DNA from: Takakia lepidozioides
Lineage: Eukaryota > Plantae > Bryophyta
Reading direction: 5' to 3'
NCBI GenBank assembly: GCA_030704615.1
Contig: CM060733.1
Coordinates: forward strand, 22,134,001-22,198,000
Length of the DNA: 64,000 nucleotides
The notes under the pieces are model-generated. The model searched no databases. It had not been told where the DNA came from and worked only from the letters and a program-made list of their open reading frames with translations. This document shows, one piece after another, positions 49,688 to 61,826 of this stretch (position 1 is its first letter; every line of letters starts with the position of its first letter). A program made the position numbers and the translations under genes.

Positions 49688-52600
49688 TTAGTTAGATTGA
49701 TCTTTCTTTCTCAGTTTTGGACGATGAGACACCCGCCTCAGAGCCAAGTAAATATGGCTAACAGGGGGAAGGGCAGACACACGTTTCCCGCCATTTCGTT
49801 TCATTTTCCGCCGACCTTGAAAATGTTCCACAAAATCATTTTTCCTCTTCAATGACATGTTGTTGTTGTCTTTTACACGATTGAACGCTCGTGCTGCAGC
49901 CGGGTATAACATGCCGGAAGCTTTTTTGACGAGGATGTCCTGCATCTGCCCTCGACAAACACGCACCGCAGACAAGCAATGGTGTATAAGGTATGCGTCG
50001 TTGTGTACAAGGTCAAGTAGGTCGGTTATCTCCCGTTTCAAAATAGCTTCCAACAGGTCTGGCGTGAGCAATGACTCTGTCGTGTTCGGGGTTGCGCTTG
50101 CACGCACATTGTCGTTACCGCTTTCGAGGTCGCATGCTGCCATGCCGTCGTGTTCGTCCAAATTCTCCAACCCACCGTGAACAGTACCAAGGTGGGAACC
50201 ACATGTCCGGACAATGAGACTGTCTTGCAGGTCTGATTTTAGCAACTTTATGACCCAAACCTGGTGCTTGCACAGATTGCCTTTCAGCGCCCACGGGCAG
50301 GTGCAGCAGGCCCACTGCGACTCTGGATTGAACACGGTGTACATTGTATTCGGATCGGAGGAGCTAATCACGTAAGCAGGTTGCCCAGACGCAGCAAGCA
50401 AAGTCACACGTGAAAGAAGTATGTCACGGGCTGCACATATTGCACTGGAAATGTGTTTTTCCTGTTTATCGTTGCGAATAAACTCATGCGTCTTCAGATG
50501 AATGCCATACCAGTAGTGGACCAGTACATGCCCAGTCAACTTCCATATGAGCCAATCGGCTCTTCGACCTGTCATTTTGCCTTTGCCCATATTAAGTCTC
50601 GCCTTTAAGTTTCCGTGGTATGCCTCAATGCTTGCATTAATATCTTGGCTTGCATGTGGAATGTTGCGGGCAACAGTACACCACATAGCGATTTTGGGAA
50701 CCCAGTACACATGAATGTAGTGGAGGAACAACTGACCAGCATGATATTTCTTTTTCATTGCCTTCAATTTTTTCTTAACCCATTTCACAGCTTCGTCTTC
50801 TTTCTGCGGTCCACCTCTGCAGTACATAAGGTCGCCCATATCTGGCAACAGTTTCGAGGATGTTCCTGGATCACTGATTTTCTGGCATGATTGCTTGACC
50901 CAGGCCTTCCGTACATGCCAAAGGCAGAGGAAAATGCATACTCCTGTGAAAACAGACTTGCATGCGGCCACAAAGTCAGAAGTGCCTGAACCGGGCATTC
51001 GTATTCAGCACTGCCACAAGCGTGAGACCAAACAGGGCAGACCAAATTGGGCAGACCATATAGCAGACCCTGGAGCGGACCATATGGCATACCACATGGC
51101 AGATTGAGACCTTATGGCAGACCATAGGGCAGAATGATGTGGCATATCGGATTCAGTACCGCCAGAAGCGTGAGACCAGACATGGCATACCATATAGGGA
51201 CAGACCAGACAAGGCAGACCTTGCAGCGGACCATACAGCAGACCATAGGGCAGATTCAAATGTGGCATACCGGCTTCAGCGTCGTCGACAATGAAGGCAT
51301 TTGGCCGCTAGGTGGGCTTTTCCTGAAGGAGGGCATCACGTAATGCTAACATCCACGGGATAAGGTCTGATGTTTGATTGCATGCTGACAATATGTATGC
51401 AACCGGAATTCCGTTCAACCATTGGTCGAACACCATCAACGTGTACAAGGGGAACTGCATGAAATGACAATTTGTAATTAGTAGACCAATGTCGTACCGA
51501 CAGGCCCTATTTTAACAGGCTGTACTAGTGCCGTAAAACAAAGTGCAGTGGAAGGTATGCTGGAACAGGGTGTACTGGGACACGGTCTACAATAGTTAGA
51601 GTGGGAGACCATTGTAGTATGCTATCATGCTAGCATAAGCCCGTGGAGAGGGTTCATGGCAGACCTTGTGATGGTTAGTTCCAAATGTAGCATCGCAAGC
51701 TACAATGCGCGCATGGCCCAAGTCCAACATCTTCTGCCGCTGCTAAGGAGTCTGAATCCCAATGGTGAAGGTCAAATCTCCATCAAAATGTTGAAATGTG
51801 GATGCCAATGATTCCTCCTGGTAGAAGAAGACCGAGTCTGGGTTTTGATCTTTCCACATACGCATGGATTGTGCGTCATCAGCGTGTTTTTTGAAGGTCT
51901 GCCAGGCTCGTTTTTCAGCAAGATTTCGGACATCTTGCTCGAGGAGAAAGTCATCGCGTGTCCATGCGTGTCCCAAGCCACTGTTCTGCATGACGTGCTC
52001 CTTGTGTTCAATCATGACTTGGGCGACACTCAAGCCTCGAGACAAGCATTCCATGATCCATTTTTTGAGCTCCTCGCTAATATGTGGAGCATAAGCATAT
52101 CGGCTGAACTGGAACTCAGCATATCCGCCATGAGAGGGTTTTCCGGACACATCCAGGTGTTGCATGTTGTTATAATATGTGATGACCCCAATGTTTGGAG
52201 CAAGATCATTGCGAGACTTTGAAACAACAGAGGCACCCACGCTTGTAAGACTCGCCGTATTGGCTTTTCTTTCGTCTTGGACCTTTGTGAAGATTACTGC
52301 TTCCAACCCCAACGTCCGGACCTCCTCGCTTGACTTTAGGATCCGTGACAGTCAAATTGTTGGCGCGCTTGTCCTCTGGTCCATAGCAACACTGATACTT
52401 GGACATGGTCGTATGTCATCGACACCCGTGGAGTTCTGCAAGCATGTAAGACAGCCTAAACCCTATCTACATATGATGCATGTACATGTCCGGCAAGCAC
52501 AAGCACAGGGCATGAACAAAGAGGCAATGCGGGAGTATGGTGCAGACATGACAGAGGTTAGATATGTGTTAGCTCTTGGAGCTCTTCGCGGTCCGGGCTT

Positions 52601-52875
52601 TGCGTTAACATGCACATTTATGTAAAATTGGGTGGAACACCTGTCTCTACTCTCCTCTCTAAGTACAAAGTCGGGCACTCTCTGCCAGGGAACACAGGCC
52701 ATGCAGACCCGCACTTGAGAGCCCATGTATCCAGAGCGACTCTCGTTCTTCCAGTAAAGATCTTTGCAAGAAAATGGCCCATCCTTTGGTGTTTGAAGAC
52801 TTTGTCGCAGTGGACGTATAAGAAAGCTTTCTGGTTGGGCATCGACGGCCGCTGCCATATACACTGCAGTACCCC
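49688..52875 (-). pseudogene. MULE-type DDE/SWIM transposase of the outer element
   Basis: VPWQRVPDFV..EE, YQCCYGPED, GHARIVACDATFGTNHHK|FPLYTLMVFDQWLNGIPVAYI, FIVDDAEA, LCLWHVRKAW, NASIEAYHGNLK, and SWIM CTCPWALKGNLCKHQV. Spliced, with in-frame stops. Confidence 0.88.
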
Positions 52876-53384
52876 TTCGCGCACTCAAAAGCACCTGCAA
52901 TACAACATGGAAAAGTGAAAGCGAAGGACGACAACACGCACGTTCTTGGTAGGAGGGAAGCGCGTTGGCAGGAACAGACCAGAGGGAGGAAAAGATCGAT
53001 GAAACAGTCTTCGCCCACGATTGGCGGCGGCGGCTGCCATGCCCTAAATCCGGGCGGCTACGATAGTAGCGCGGCATCACGGTGAGATGGGCGCCACATC
53101 ATCTGGGGTGCGTTTGGGTCTGCCGGATCGGGCTGCTTGGCGGCAGACCCAGCAGCGGGCAGACCCCTTCCCGGGCAGACCCACTGGGGACCCGATGGCG
53201 GGCGGACCCAGCGGCGAGGGCGGGCGGGCGGGGGCCGCGGTCTGGGGGCGGGCAGGGCCGCGGGCGGCTGCGGGGCTGCCGACCGCGCTGCGCGGCTGGC
53301 AGGTGGGGGTGGGCGAGGCGGGGGAGGGCGACCCCGTCCGTGCAGGCGTGCGCGCCCTGTCCCACACGCGCGACATAAACTCCC

Positions 53385-54315
53385 AATTATTCAAAAATGA
53401 GAGGCTATAACCCCCGGGTATGGATATACATGCCAAAATATACCCTAAGGGTATGAATAGTTTCCGGGTATGGATAGTTATTTCCATTAATATATAATTT
53501 AATGGTTTTAAAGAATATATGATGTTCTTCAATATGTACAAAACACACAAAAAAAACAATCTATGGTAAAAGAGAAAATTGATAAGATATTGCATAATAT
53601 TTTGGTGTTAATTTCCAATGCAAGATGGAGGAGGTTTGAGATTATAAAAAAAGCACATCGGCTGGTAGCTCAGCTTGTAAGTGCACAGTGTGTGTCACTT
53701 AGGTGGTTCGGGGTTCGAACCCGCTGCCCTGCCCCGTGTGTGGGATTGTTGTGTGATGGTATGTCTGGGCGTTGATCATACCATAGGTCTCATGGCCCAT
53801 AAATGAAAGGGGGTTAATCTTTCCCCTCCTCAAGGGCATGAATTGTGGGATGTCGCTCCCAGATTTCCTTAAATAAATAAATAAATAAAAACCCCTCAAG
53901 GACCTAAATTGTGGGCTGTCAGGTTTCCTTATATATATATATATATGCGAGATCTGAAGAGGTATTGTTTGGATTATATGACATTTAAGGAATGATATAT
54001 ATGTAACATTTGTTTTAGCTGTGATTGGAGCTTTCTTATAGCTCAAGGCTCCCTAACAACACAACAAAAAGAGAAAAGACCTAGCACATAAAGACTATGA
54101 AGGCACATAAAGGCCCTTATATACCCTGATTAGATATACCCTTCATTTTAACATATACCCTTCAGGAAAGTAGGGTATACTGAGGGTCTTGATGCAGGGT
54201 AAATATACGGATAAGGGTATATCATAAAAATATACCCTGATATAAGGGTATACATCCGGGTACCTAAACTTGCCACACCAGGGTATACATATATCAATAT
54301 ACCCGCCCAACACTG
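53385..54315. mobile_element. right part of a hAT-like MITE (left TIR missing)
   Basis: Ends ATACCCGCCCAACACTG at 54315, identical to the right end of the 54925-56102 element. GGGTAT/ATACCC subterminal repeats. Confidence 0.65.
53660..53735 (+). other. tRNA-derived (SINE-head-like) sequence
   Basis: A-box TAGCTCAGCTTGT and B-box GGTTCGAACCC at tRNA spacing, but no clean cloverleaf. Confidence 0.45.
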
Positions 54316-54439
54316 GTCCTTTCCCCACCGCGGGCAAGGTGGTCAGTCTTTTCATTTCTTTATTGCTGGGTAGTGCTTTGCAAAGTTTTTTATTTCAACA
54401 ATGTGAGATTCCATGAGTTGTCAATATCAAGAAAATTAT

Positions 54440-54896
54440 TTTTTATCAAGACGATCATTTTTTTATCAAGACAATAAAACTAAATGATGAAAAACTAAAT
54501 GATGAGCGACGGAAAAAATATAAACAATCGGCTTCCGAAGCAAATGCTAAACGAAGGATACAGGTTTGAAAATCCACCACTAACCATGGAAATACATTCT
54601 CAACCGACTTCCGCTCCAGACAAAGTGCTAAACCAAGGGAAAAATACAGAAAAGGGGGTTCAACTCCCCCTCATTTCTTGGGCATACATAGAAGTAGTTG
54701 CATCAAACAATGAAATGTGGAGATAGACTCGGCAACACTCCGCCATTCTCTTTTGAAAAACAATGAAATACGGGATGTTTGTATGTAACACCGTGGGAAT
54801 GACCCATCCCTTTTTGTGAAAATTGAACGTAGTTCTCAGAATTCTTCGCTAGTACAGAATTCGTCGCTAGTAGTGCGGAGCAACGTAAAGCCCTAG
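54440..54896 (+). mobile_element. non-autonomous Helitron-like element (3' end)
   Basis: Ends ...GCGGAGCAACGTAAAGCCCTAG|T. Homologous, in inverted orientation, to 60270-60910. Confidence 0.55.
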
Positions 54897-54924
54897 TTTA
54901 CTAAGCTCTTACAGTGGTTTGAAC

Positions 54925-56102
54925 CAGTGTTGGACTGGTATATAGGGTGGCCGGGGATCAACCAGGGTATTGAATAACCGACCCGGCTGGTATTGGCTTT
55001 AGTAATACTATGGTTAATAGAGTTATCCGTAAAGGGTCCCAAACATGGCATGAGAACCCTGAGTTTGGCCAAAACTCGGTATGAAACTCGAAACTTAGGA
55101 TCAAGCGGTACGACTAGAAAAAAACACATGACCAAACTGCCAGGGCTAGGAAAATGGGGGTGGTAGGAGTTTGGTGCCGAGTTTTGTTAGTCGTCAAGGC
55201 GGAGGTGGTCAAAGCTCATGAGCTCGCGCCATAGCAGCTGTTGCCCTCATCCCCAGTTTATGATTTGGTGCCCTCTTTTATGACTTCGTGCTCAGTTTTC
55301 TGCACTTCACGAATTAACTCAAACTCAGGATGAAACCCGTAACTCGGGTCCAAACAAGGTACCAAACTCAGGCTCACTTTACGGATAACTCTAATAACCG
55401 ACCCGGATGGTATTGGAAATTCCAATACTATGGTTGATAACCAGACCCTGGCTGGTATTGCCAAGGCAATATTCGGGTGCATACTTGTATTATGAGCAAA
55501 AAAAAGGACTATACCATGGTATGAATAGGAAATTGGCCGGGTGCAAAATATGTAGGGGTCAGGTAAGAGGGTGCACATGTGAGGGAGGGCATGTCCATCC
55601 CCAAGGGCCCGCCACTATGCTTCATTTCTTACAGCATGTAGGGCGGGCCCGCCCCTATTTTTTATTTTTTTTAGCACATGTAGGGTGTCTTATGTGGTTG
55701 CAATCAGTCTTCTTTTAACTAAGCTTGCTTCAATTTGGATACTAAAATCTGCAAGGTTGTTATTATGTATTGCAAAGACTGAATTTTGCAACATAACAAT
55801 TAATTTCTTTGTGAAATCAACTAAAATCTTCTAAATTCAATACATATTAATGATTTAGTGGTTGTTTTTATTCTTTAATATTTATACCCGGGTTGATAAC
55901 CGGCTGGTATTAGATTGGAATACCCATCCTATTGCTACCCATCCGCAAATCAAAAATCATATTACTACCTTATTGAGAACCGGCGGGTATTAAAATGAAG
56001 GGAATCTTTCAATACTATGGAACCAGCTGGTGTTGCAAATTAATTTCTTTTCAATACCCGGACCCGGCTGGTATTAGAAAAAGTAATACCCGCCCAACAC
56101 TG
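54925..56102. mobile_element. hAT-family MITE
   Basis: TIR CAGTGTTGG...CCAACACTG and an 8-bp TSD GTTTGAAC (54917-54924, 56103-56110). Subterminal ACCCGG/GGTATT repeats. Confidence 0.88.
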
Positions 56103-57407
56103 GTTTGAACTTTATCTCAAAAGGTTTCACTTGCACTACCTGAGCAGGTAGCCCACCCAGTGGTTGGGTGTTTGTGCCTTGCCTGTGCATAATCTGGGTG
56201 ATCCTGGGTTCAATCCTTCGACATGTGCATTCAACTGTCCGTAAAGAATTGGGGCTGATTTCTCTTCATTAATATTGTTTCGTTGTGCCACGAATGCTAA
56301 AAAGTATAATGCAGAGACACACACCTCCTATCACACACATATCCTTATCTTTTACCTCCAAGATCTTTTCCTTCACTAATCCCATTTATTTTGATCATCA
56401 AAAGAGATGATGAAAAGAAAAAGAAATCATCCCATTTTATGGCCGCCCTCCACGCGGGGCCTTCCTCTATACATGGGCCCCTCAATGGGCTGTTTGTTGA
56501 GCAGTAGGCTGTGTAAGTTTCACTGGCCGTTAGACAAACTTTACCTTTACCTTTTACCTTTTCAGATAGCCAGTATTGGGTTGTTGAGGTGCAAGTTACT
56601 GTAAAACCATTGTTACTTCCAACTGCATGTCTCAGCTTATCTCTCTCGTAAATCCTTGTGCTCTGTAATGTAACTGGTCGTGTTGAAGCGCAACCACCTT
56701 AGTGCCATCTCAGAACATGGTTTTAGTAAATTCCAGGCCTCCCCATCCATCTCTGGGCCAAGAATACTCCGCCAGCCTGCTATATGAAAAATTGAGTGGT
56801 TTAGACAGACTGCACCAAACTTGGCATGAAATGAAATTAAGATACACTTCTGAGGAACGTTTAGAAAGGCCTTGTTGCCTTGAAAATATAATACTATGAC
56901 CAATGAGGGAACTAAGTGAAACACTGCATGGGCGAATACTTCCACTTTCCAGGTAGTCTAGACAAAGGTCTCATGCTGCCGCGACTGTGCATTCACTCTG
57001 GATATTTGCACACGTCAGCCCTTCAAGATGTTAGCCACAGCTCCATGTGCGTAGTCGCTCGCTACACACCCCTGCTAGACACGCTTTCATTATAGTGAGG
57101 TACTTGCCATGGTTATGGAAATTCCAACAATCCCAAAACTCATTATGAGACCATTCAACCACTGCCAAGTAATTCAGTGCATTGAGGACCTTGCAATGGG
57201 AACTTTGAGATGGCAATAATGATATACATGAAGTAAAGAAAACACGACAAGCTTGTACTACACATCCAACACCACCACAGACCAACAAGGGGGAGATGGG
57301 GGCGGGGGGTCGGGAGACTGGAACCATGACAAGTGAAAGACAAAACTATGAGGAAAATGTGAGCTGTACATAGCCTCGTGACCATGCACCAACCCAATGA
57401 TCTTCGT

Positions 57408-59353
57408 TCATAGGGTGACCTGTTTATCATGGAGGGAACGAGCATCAGGACACATGTCAACCAGTAGCTTCACCACATCAGTACATCCCTGCATTGCTGC
57501 ACAAAATCCACAAGTGCTCCTGAGCAAAGAGCAAATGGACTCTTAAGAACGAACAGCCAGTTTTCAAGATATAAAACAGGACATGTGTTGCAGGCTAGAC
57601 AAGCAATGCTGGAATAACACATATGCTTTACATTATGAACTCCATGTCAGCTCTTAAATGAAGGGTCAATCTCTGTAACCAGATTGACATGAGCCCTATG
57701 CAAGGTCGGGTTCAGTCTCACTATAGCCTGGTGGGCTGAGACCCCACCACCAGCTCCATGAAGCTTAGTATCCTCATTCTCATTACCATCGGTCAAAGGG
57801 TAAGATGGTCAGTCCCTTTTCCCACTCTGTTTTCGCTGAGGAGAGGGGGAGACGTCCAAAATCTAACTCTATAAAACAGAAACCTTGCAAAGTTCAGAAT
57901 GTTCTGATGAAAGATGGTAGCAGAGAAACCCGCCTGCCTTATGAAGGGGTGTTTGTCCGTCAATATCTTGAGCACCTGCATCAGCTCCCCTTTGAAGTAA
58001 AAGCTTCACTATTTCTGTGTGGCCAGCATATGCTGCCCGGTGTAAACTTGTCGCATGCCCGGCTCTAGTTCTCCTGTCTACCTGGGCACCATTCTGCAAT
58101 TACAACAGGATGTAAAGGAAGAAGCTCTAGCTTTCAACAACAGGAAGTAAGCCACCACATAATCAGAGTGAGTGAACACATGAGGAAATCTAGACATTAG
58201 CCTTTTGTACTCCCCTTAAAGGAAATGTAAACAGACCTCAATTCCCACTGGAGAATGCGGATTATAAGCTACATAAATGAGCTACACTTAAAATTTGGTG
58301 GAGTTCTATTGAAGTTATAACTAGCTATCAATTAATAAGTCTAGAATATGAAGAGACACATGAGGTGAAAGGAATCGTTTTCTGGACATGCTTCCAGGAG
58401 CTCTTTGACATGTCTAAACTACGCTGGGAGATGAGGCATTGGGAGGTGGGCTCTTTGAAATATTCTTTAGATTCTTAATCTCTCTTTGTTTCTTGTCTTG
58501 TCTTGTTCCGCCCAAACTGGGTGCTGGGTCTAGCCACACGGCTATGGCAAACAACATCTTATGAGTACATTTGTTTCTTGTCTATTACCTTGCAGCATGT
58601 TTTGCAACCAATTCGGTTCAAATAAGTACAGTGATGGCAACCATTGGAATCAGGGCCAACTAAGGACATAAGATTTTTCTACATTGCACAATAACTCCAG
58701 CTGTCTCATACTGAGTAGGCACTTGAGATTACTTACCTGTCAAAATTTTCATTCTACTTTAGAAAAGGTCTGGGTTTTGAGTTTAGGGTTTAAAGGTGCA
58801 CAAAGCCAAACACAAGAAAACCACATCAAAACTTAGCTGAGAGAGAACTTCGGGCATAGTTCCATTGAGACATTATCCATCCTCGACCGACGATTTCCAC
58901 CTATCACATGAGATTCGGCCCAGATTGCCATGGCACTTGCCGACAGGCAAAATAACTCCGTTGGGGGATCCAAGTGTTGAATTAGGATCGCATTGACATG
59001 CTACTAGAATGCACCCAACACAGTAGTTCCAGCAGAAACAAAGGGCCTTTATACCTTCCACGGGGAGAGAGAGGTTGAGCACAAACCTCAAGAAGAAGCA
59101 AACAAGCGTGAAGATGGCCATTACGGGCGGCGTAGTGGAGCGGACCATAGCCTGCATCCCCATCACCATCCACTGAGGCGCCGCGCTCCAGAAGTGCCCG
59201 CATGCGCATCACGTCACCCAATTGAGCAGAACCAGCTAAACTTCGCTGGAAATCCATCTGCTCTAGGGATTCCGCTACTGCCTTGTGAGCACCGCCCACA
59301 CAGCAATTGCAAGTTCTGCCACCGGTCCCCCGCCCATCGGCACTTGCTGCCAT
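57408..59353 (-). CDS. ANKRD39-like ankyrin-repeat protein; exons 59087-59353, 57934-58093, 57408-57496
   Basis: AESLEQMDFQRSL...GYGPLHYAARNGH...|NGAQVDRRTRAGHATSLHRAAYAGH...DGQTPLHKA|AMQGCTDVVKLL. The second intron needs a GC donor. The 3' end is uncertain. Confidence 0.8.
58499..58569 (+). mobile_element. 71-bp LINE 3'-tail insertion in the ankyrin gene intron
   Basis: 14-bp TSD TTTGTTTCTTGTCT (58485-58498, 58570-58583). The tail GGCAAACAACATCTTATGAGTACA matches the LINE tail at ~22630. Confidence 0.78.
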
Positions 59354-60189
59354 CTTCTTAAATTCCTGTGTTCCTGAACTCTACAGTCCTACATTCGTCC
59401 TCCTTGTGTGCTTGTAATCATTCTATATAAAGATTCCACACACATCACATCACATCACGGAAGCCCGGCTCAAACTTTCCATAGGACCCCAACCCATGTC
59501 AGCAACAGGACGCTGAGCGCAAATCTAACCTCCAAAGGGCATACCTAGTCACAGAATCAGAACATTTCAGCAGTACCCATCCTTTGCTCAGACATCATCC
59601 CAATCCGAGCAACCTTCCTCGCTGCCATCTATCCGAAACAGGTGTCTTCCATCCGCGATATCTGCACCTGGCCTTGGCGTTTCAGCAGTTAAGTTAAAGG
59701 GCCACATTAGAGTAACTCAAATCCTATTTGCTGAGAGCATTTCCTTGGTCATATTGACTTCATACTCCCCACAAAGACCAACAAGGTTAGGAATGACATG
59801 GCGTCTAGGTGGCATTCATTATGGCCAAAACCAATCTCGAATCAGCAAAAAAGTGGTGTTTTCTTGGTCTTGGTCCCATGGCCTTTGAGCTCCGGCACCA
59901 GTGCCGAGACGTGAATCGCCCCCAAGGATTAAAGAGGTGCTACTGGCTTAGATACAACATTCTAGGCTCTGGACAACCAAGTTGTAGCCAAGTGGTAATG
60001 GGCACATACCACCTGCGAAGTGGATGTGGCACTAACCCTTGGGATACCATAATTTAGGCTTCCTTAGGGAGGCGTCAAATATATATAAAAGGTGGACGCT
60101 TTGCCAAAGCAAGCGTAACTTATGGTGTCACTTGACCCATAAGGGCTACTGCCTTCCGGTAGGAAAGTGGACACCTTTGTAACAACCAA

Positions 60190-60248
60190 CAGGGTGGTTT
60201 GAACCCACAACCACTTGTAAGAGGGTATATGCCCTTACCGTTGGGCTA
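60190..60248 (-). other. tRNA-derived (SINE-head-like) sequence
   Basis: The minus strand reads TAGCCCAACGG...GGTTCAAACC (A and B boxes). Confidence 0.4.
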
Positions 60249-60269
60249 CATGTTGGTTGTTCAAATATA

Positions 60270-60910
60270 CTAGGCCTTCGCGTTGCTCCGCACTACTAGC
60301 GACGAATTCTGAGAACTACATTCAATTGGTACAAAAGGTGGGGGTCATTGTTTGTTTGATGCAACTACCTCTATCTATGCCCACGAAGTGTGGGGGAGTG
60401 GAACCCCTTTTCTGTATTTCTGTATTTCTGTATTTTTCTGTATTTTTCCCTTTTCTGTATTTTTTTCTCTCTATTTCATTTCAAGATTTACTTGACCGGT
60501 GTAATGATTGTGGCTCATTTTGATACAACAAGCAGATTTGGATTTGGATTATGAATGTTGTTTATATGATATCTTTTTTCATCTTTATTTGCAATTGGTG
60601 TATATTTCAAATAGTTTGGACTTTGATTTAATGCCACGGTTTCATGAAAAATCTTGGTGGTCTTTTATTTAATGCATATTTGTTCCGGAGTACATTGTTT
60701 ATTTTGTCTCCCTCTCCGCATTACCATTTTGTTTTTCCATATTATTTGAAGTTATACACATGCCCAAGTTTTTGTTGTTTAGGACATTAGCATTTTGATA
60801 TAATAGATAACGACTGTATATTCAAAGATACATTCTTAAAAAAAAATAGTTGCCTACATAAACTCAATGACAAATATTATTGTTTTGAACAAAATCTGTC
60901 TTGATAAAAA
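60270..60910 (-). mobile_element. non-autonomous Helitron-like element, homologous to 54440-54896
   Basis: ACTAGGCCTTCGCGTTGCTCCGCACTACTAGCGACGAATTCTGAGAAC is the reverse complement of 54833-54897. CTAG|T terminus on the minus strand. Confidence 0.55.
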
Positions 60911-61149
60911 GTATATGGATATTTTCTCTTCGAAGGTAGTTTGTTCTATGAGCTTTCATGAACATGTTCAAAAAGAGACCCACCTACTTTCTTTCTTCAT
61001 TTGTTACTAGGATCTCAAGGCTGGCCTTCATAATGTTCTTTTCATAATTACACAAAGTAAAAGTTGCTCTAAACTACCATACAGGTTCTTTATCTAGTTT
61101 CTGTTACTATCTTCCTAGATTAGACTGCTCTGAAGGACTTTGATCCGGA

Positions 61150-61550
61150 AGAACTAAGAAGTACAGACAAGGTAGCATTATCAGTGACGCAGACCTTATT
61201 TCCTAAGCCCCCAACTTCCGTTTTAAGTGTGCTCGTATTACTCACATTGATGAATATTCGAGTCATGTTGATGGATATTGCTACTAGAGTGAGCCCCTCA
61301 CAAAGGTTTGCTCTTGTTCCGCCCAGACTAGGAGCACGGCCACAATGCTATCCCTGTGTCTTCAGGTTGCCCACACAACGGGCAATTGCAATCCCTCTTT
61401 CTTCACTGCATCTGTTTGTTGTTCAAAGGTAGGCTTCCCGCCCCGAGTTTAGATTTCAGTCTAGTGCTGAGGGTGGGTAAACCCTTGAGGTTATCCATGA
61501 TGGCCTCTCCTATGTCACAGACTGGAAACAAGTTCAGAGAGGGTCAGTGC
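61150..61550 (-). mobile_element. LINE ORF2 C-terminal fragment, same family as 22021-22657
   Basis: 61420-61545 is the reverse-complement homologue of 22190-22320 (LNLFPV.D.G...LKGLPTL...KL.AGSLPLN, followed by CPLCGQ). Confidence 0.7.
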
Positions 61551-61826
61551 TTCAGGCTCAGCCTGATGAGAATACCCCCAGACATTGTAGCAGAAGATGG
61601 ATATTGTCTTCAGGCCACCCTCACATTAGGCATTGACAATCTCCATTTCATCTCTGTATCTTTTTGAGAAAAAGAGGTAGCACATAACATGTAGTTATAT
61701 AAACTATTCTATGTGTCAAATTGGTGTACAAAGAAGAACAAGCTCATGTGAAATGTGATGGGACATACAGCTTGTTGTTAGGCGCTAGTAAAATGCAGAG
61801 AGAACATTCCGCTGCTCAGATGGATC

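Larger units (their letters stand above)
34945..53384. mobile_element. large Mutator-like element (SWIM transposase plus Ulp1 gene), left end missing, carrying a nested 10-kb element
   Basis: CAGACC/GGTCTG motifs occur from 35270 to 53330 outside the nested insert. A GC-rich right end terminates ...CGACATAAACTCCC at 53384. Ulp1-gene exons lie on both sides of the nested insert. Confidence 0.6.

Noticed and set aside
53077-53410. Pro/Arg/Gly-rich ORFs on both strands
   Set aside because: GC-rich transposon terminal region, which is open in most frames by composition.
53660-53735. Functional tRNA gene (also 56145-56225 and 60190-60248)
   Set aside because: A and B boxes are present, but acceptor and anticodon stems do not pair properly. 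Treated as SINE-like relics.
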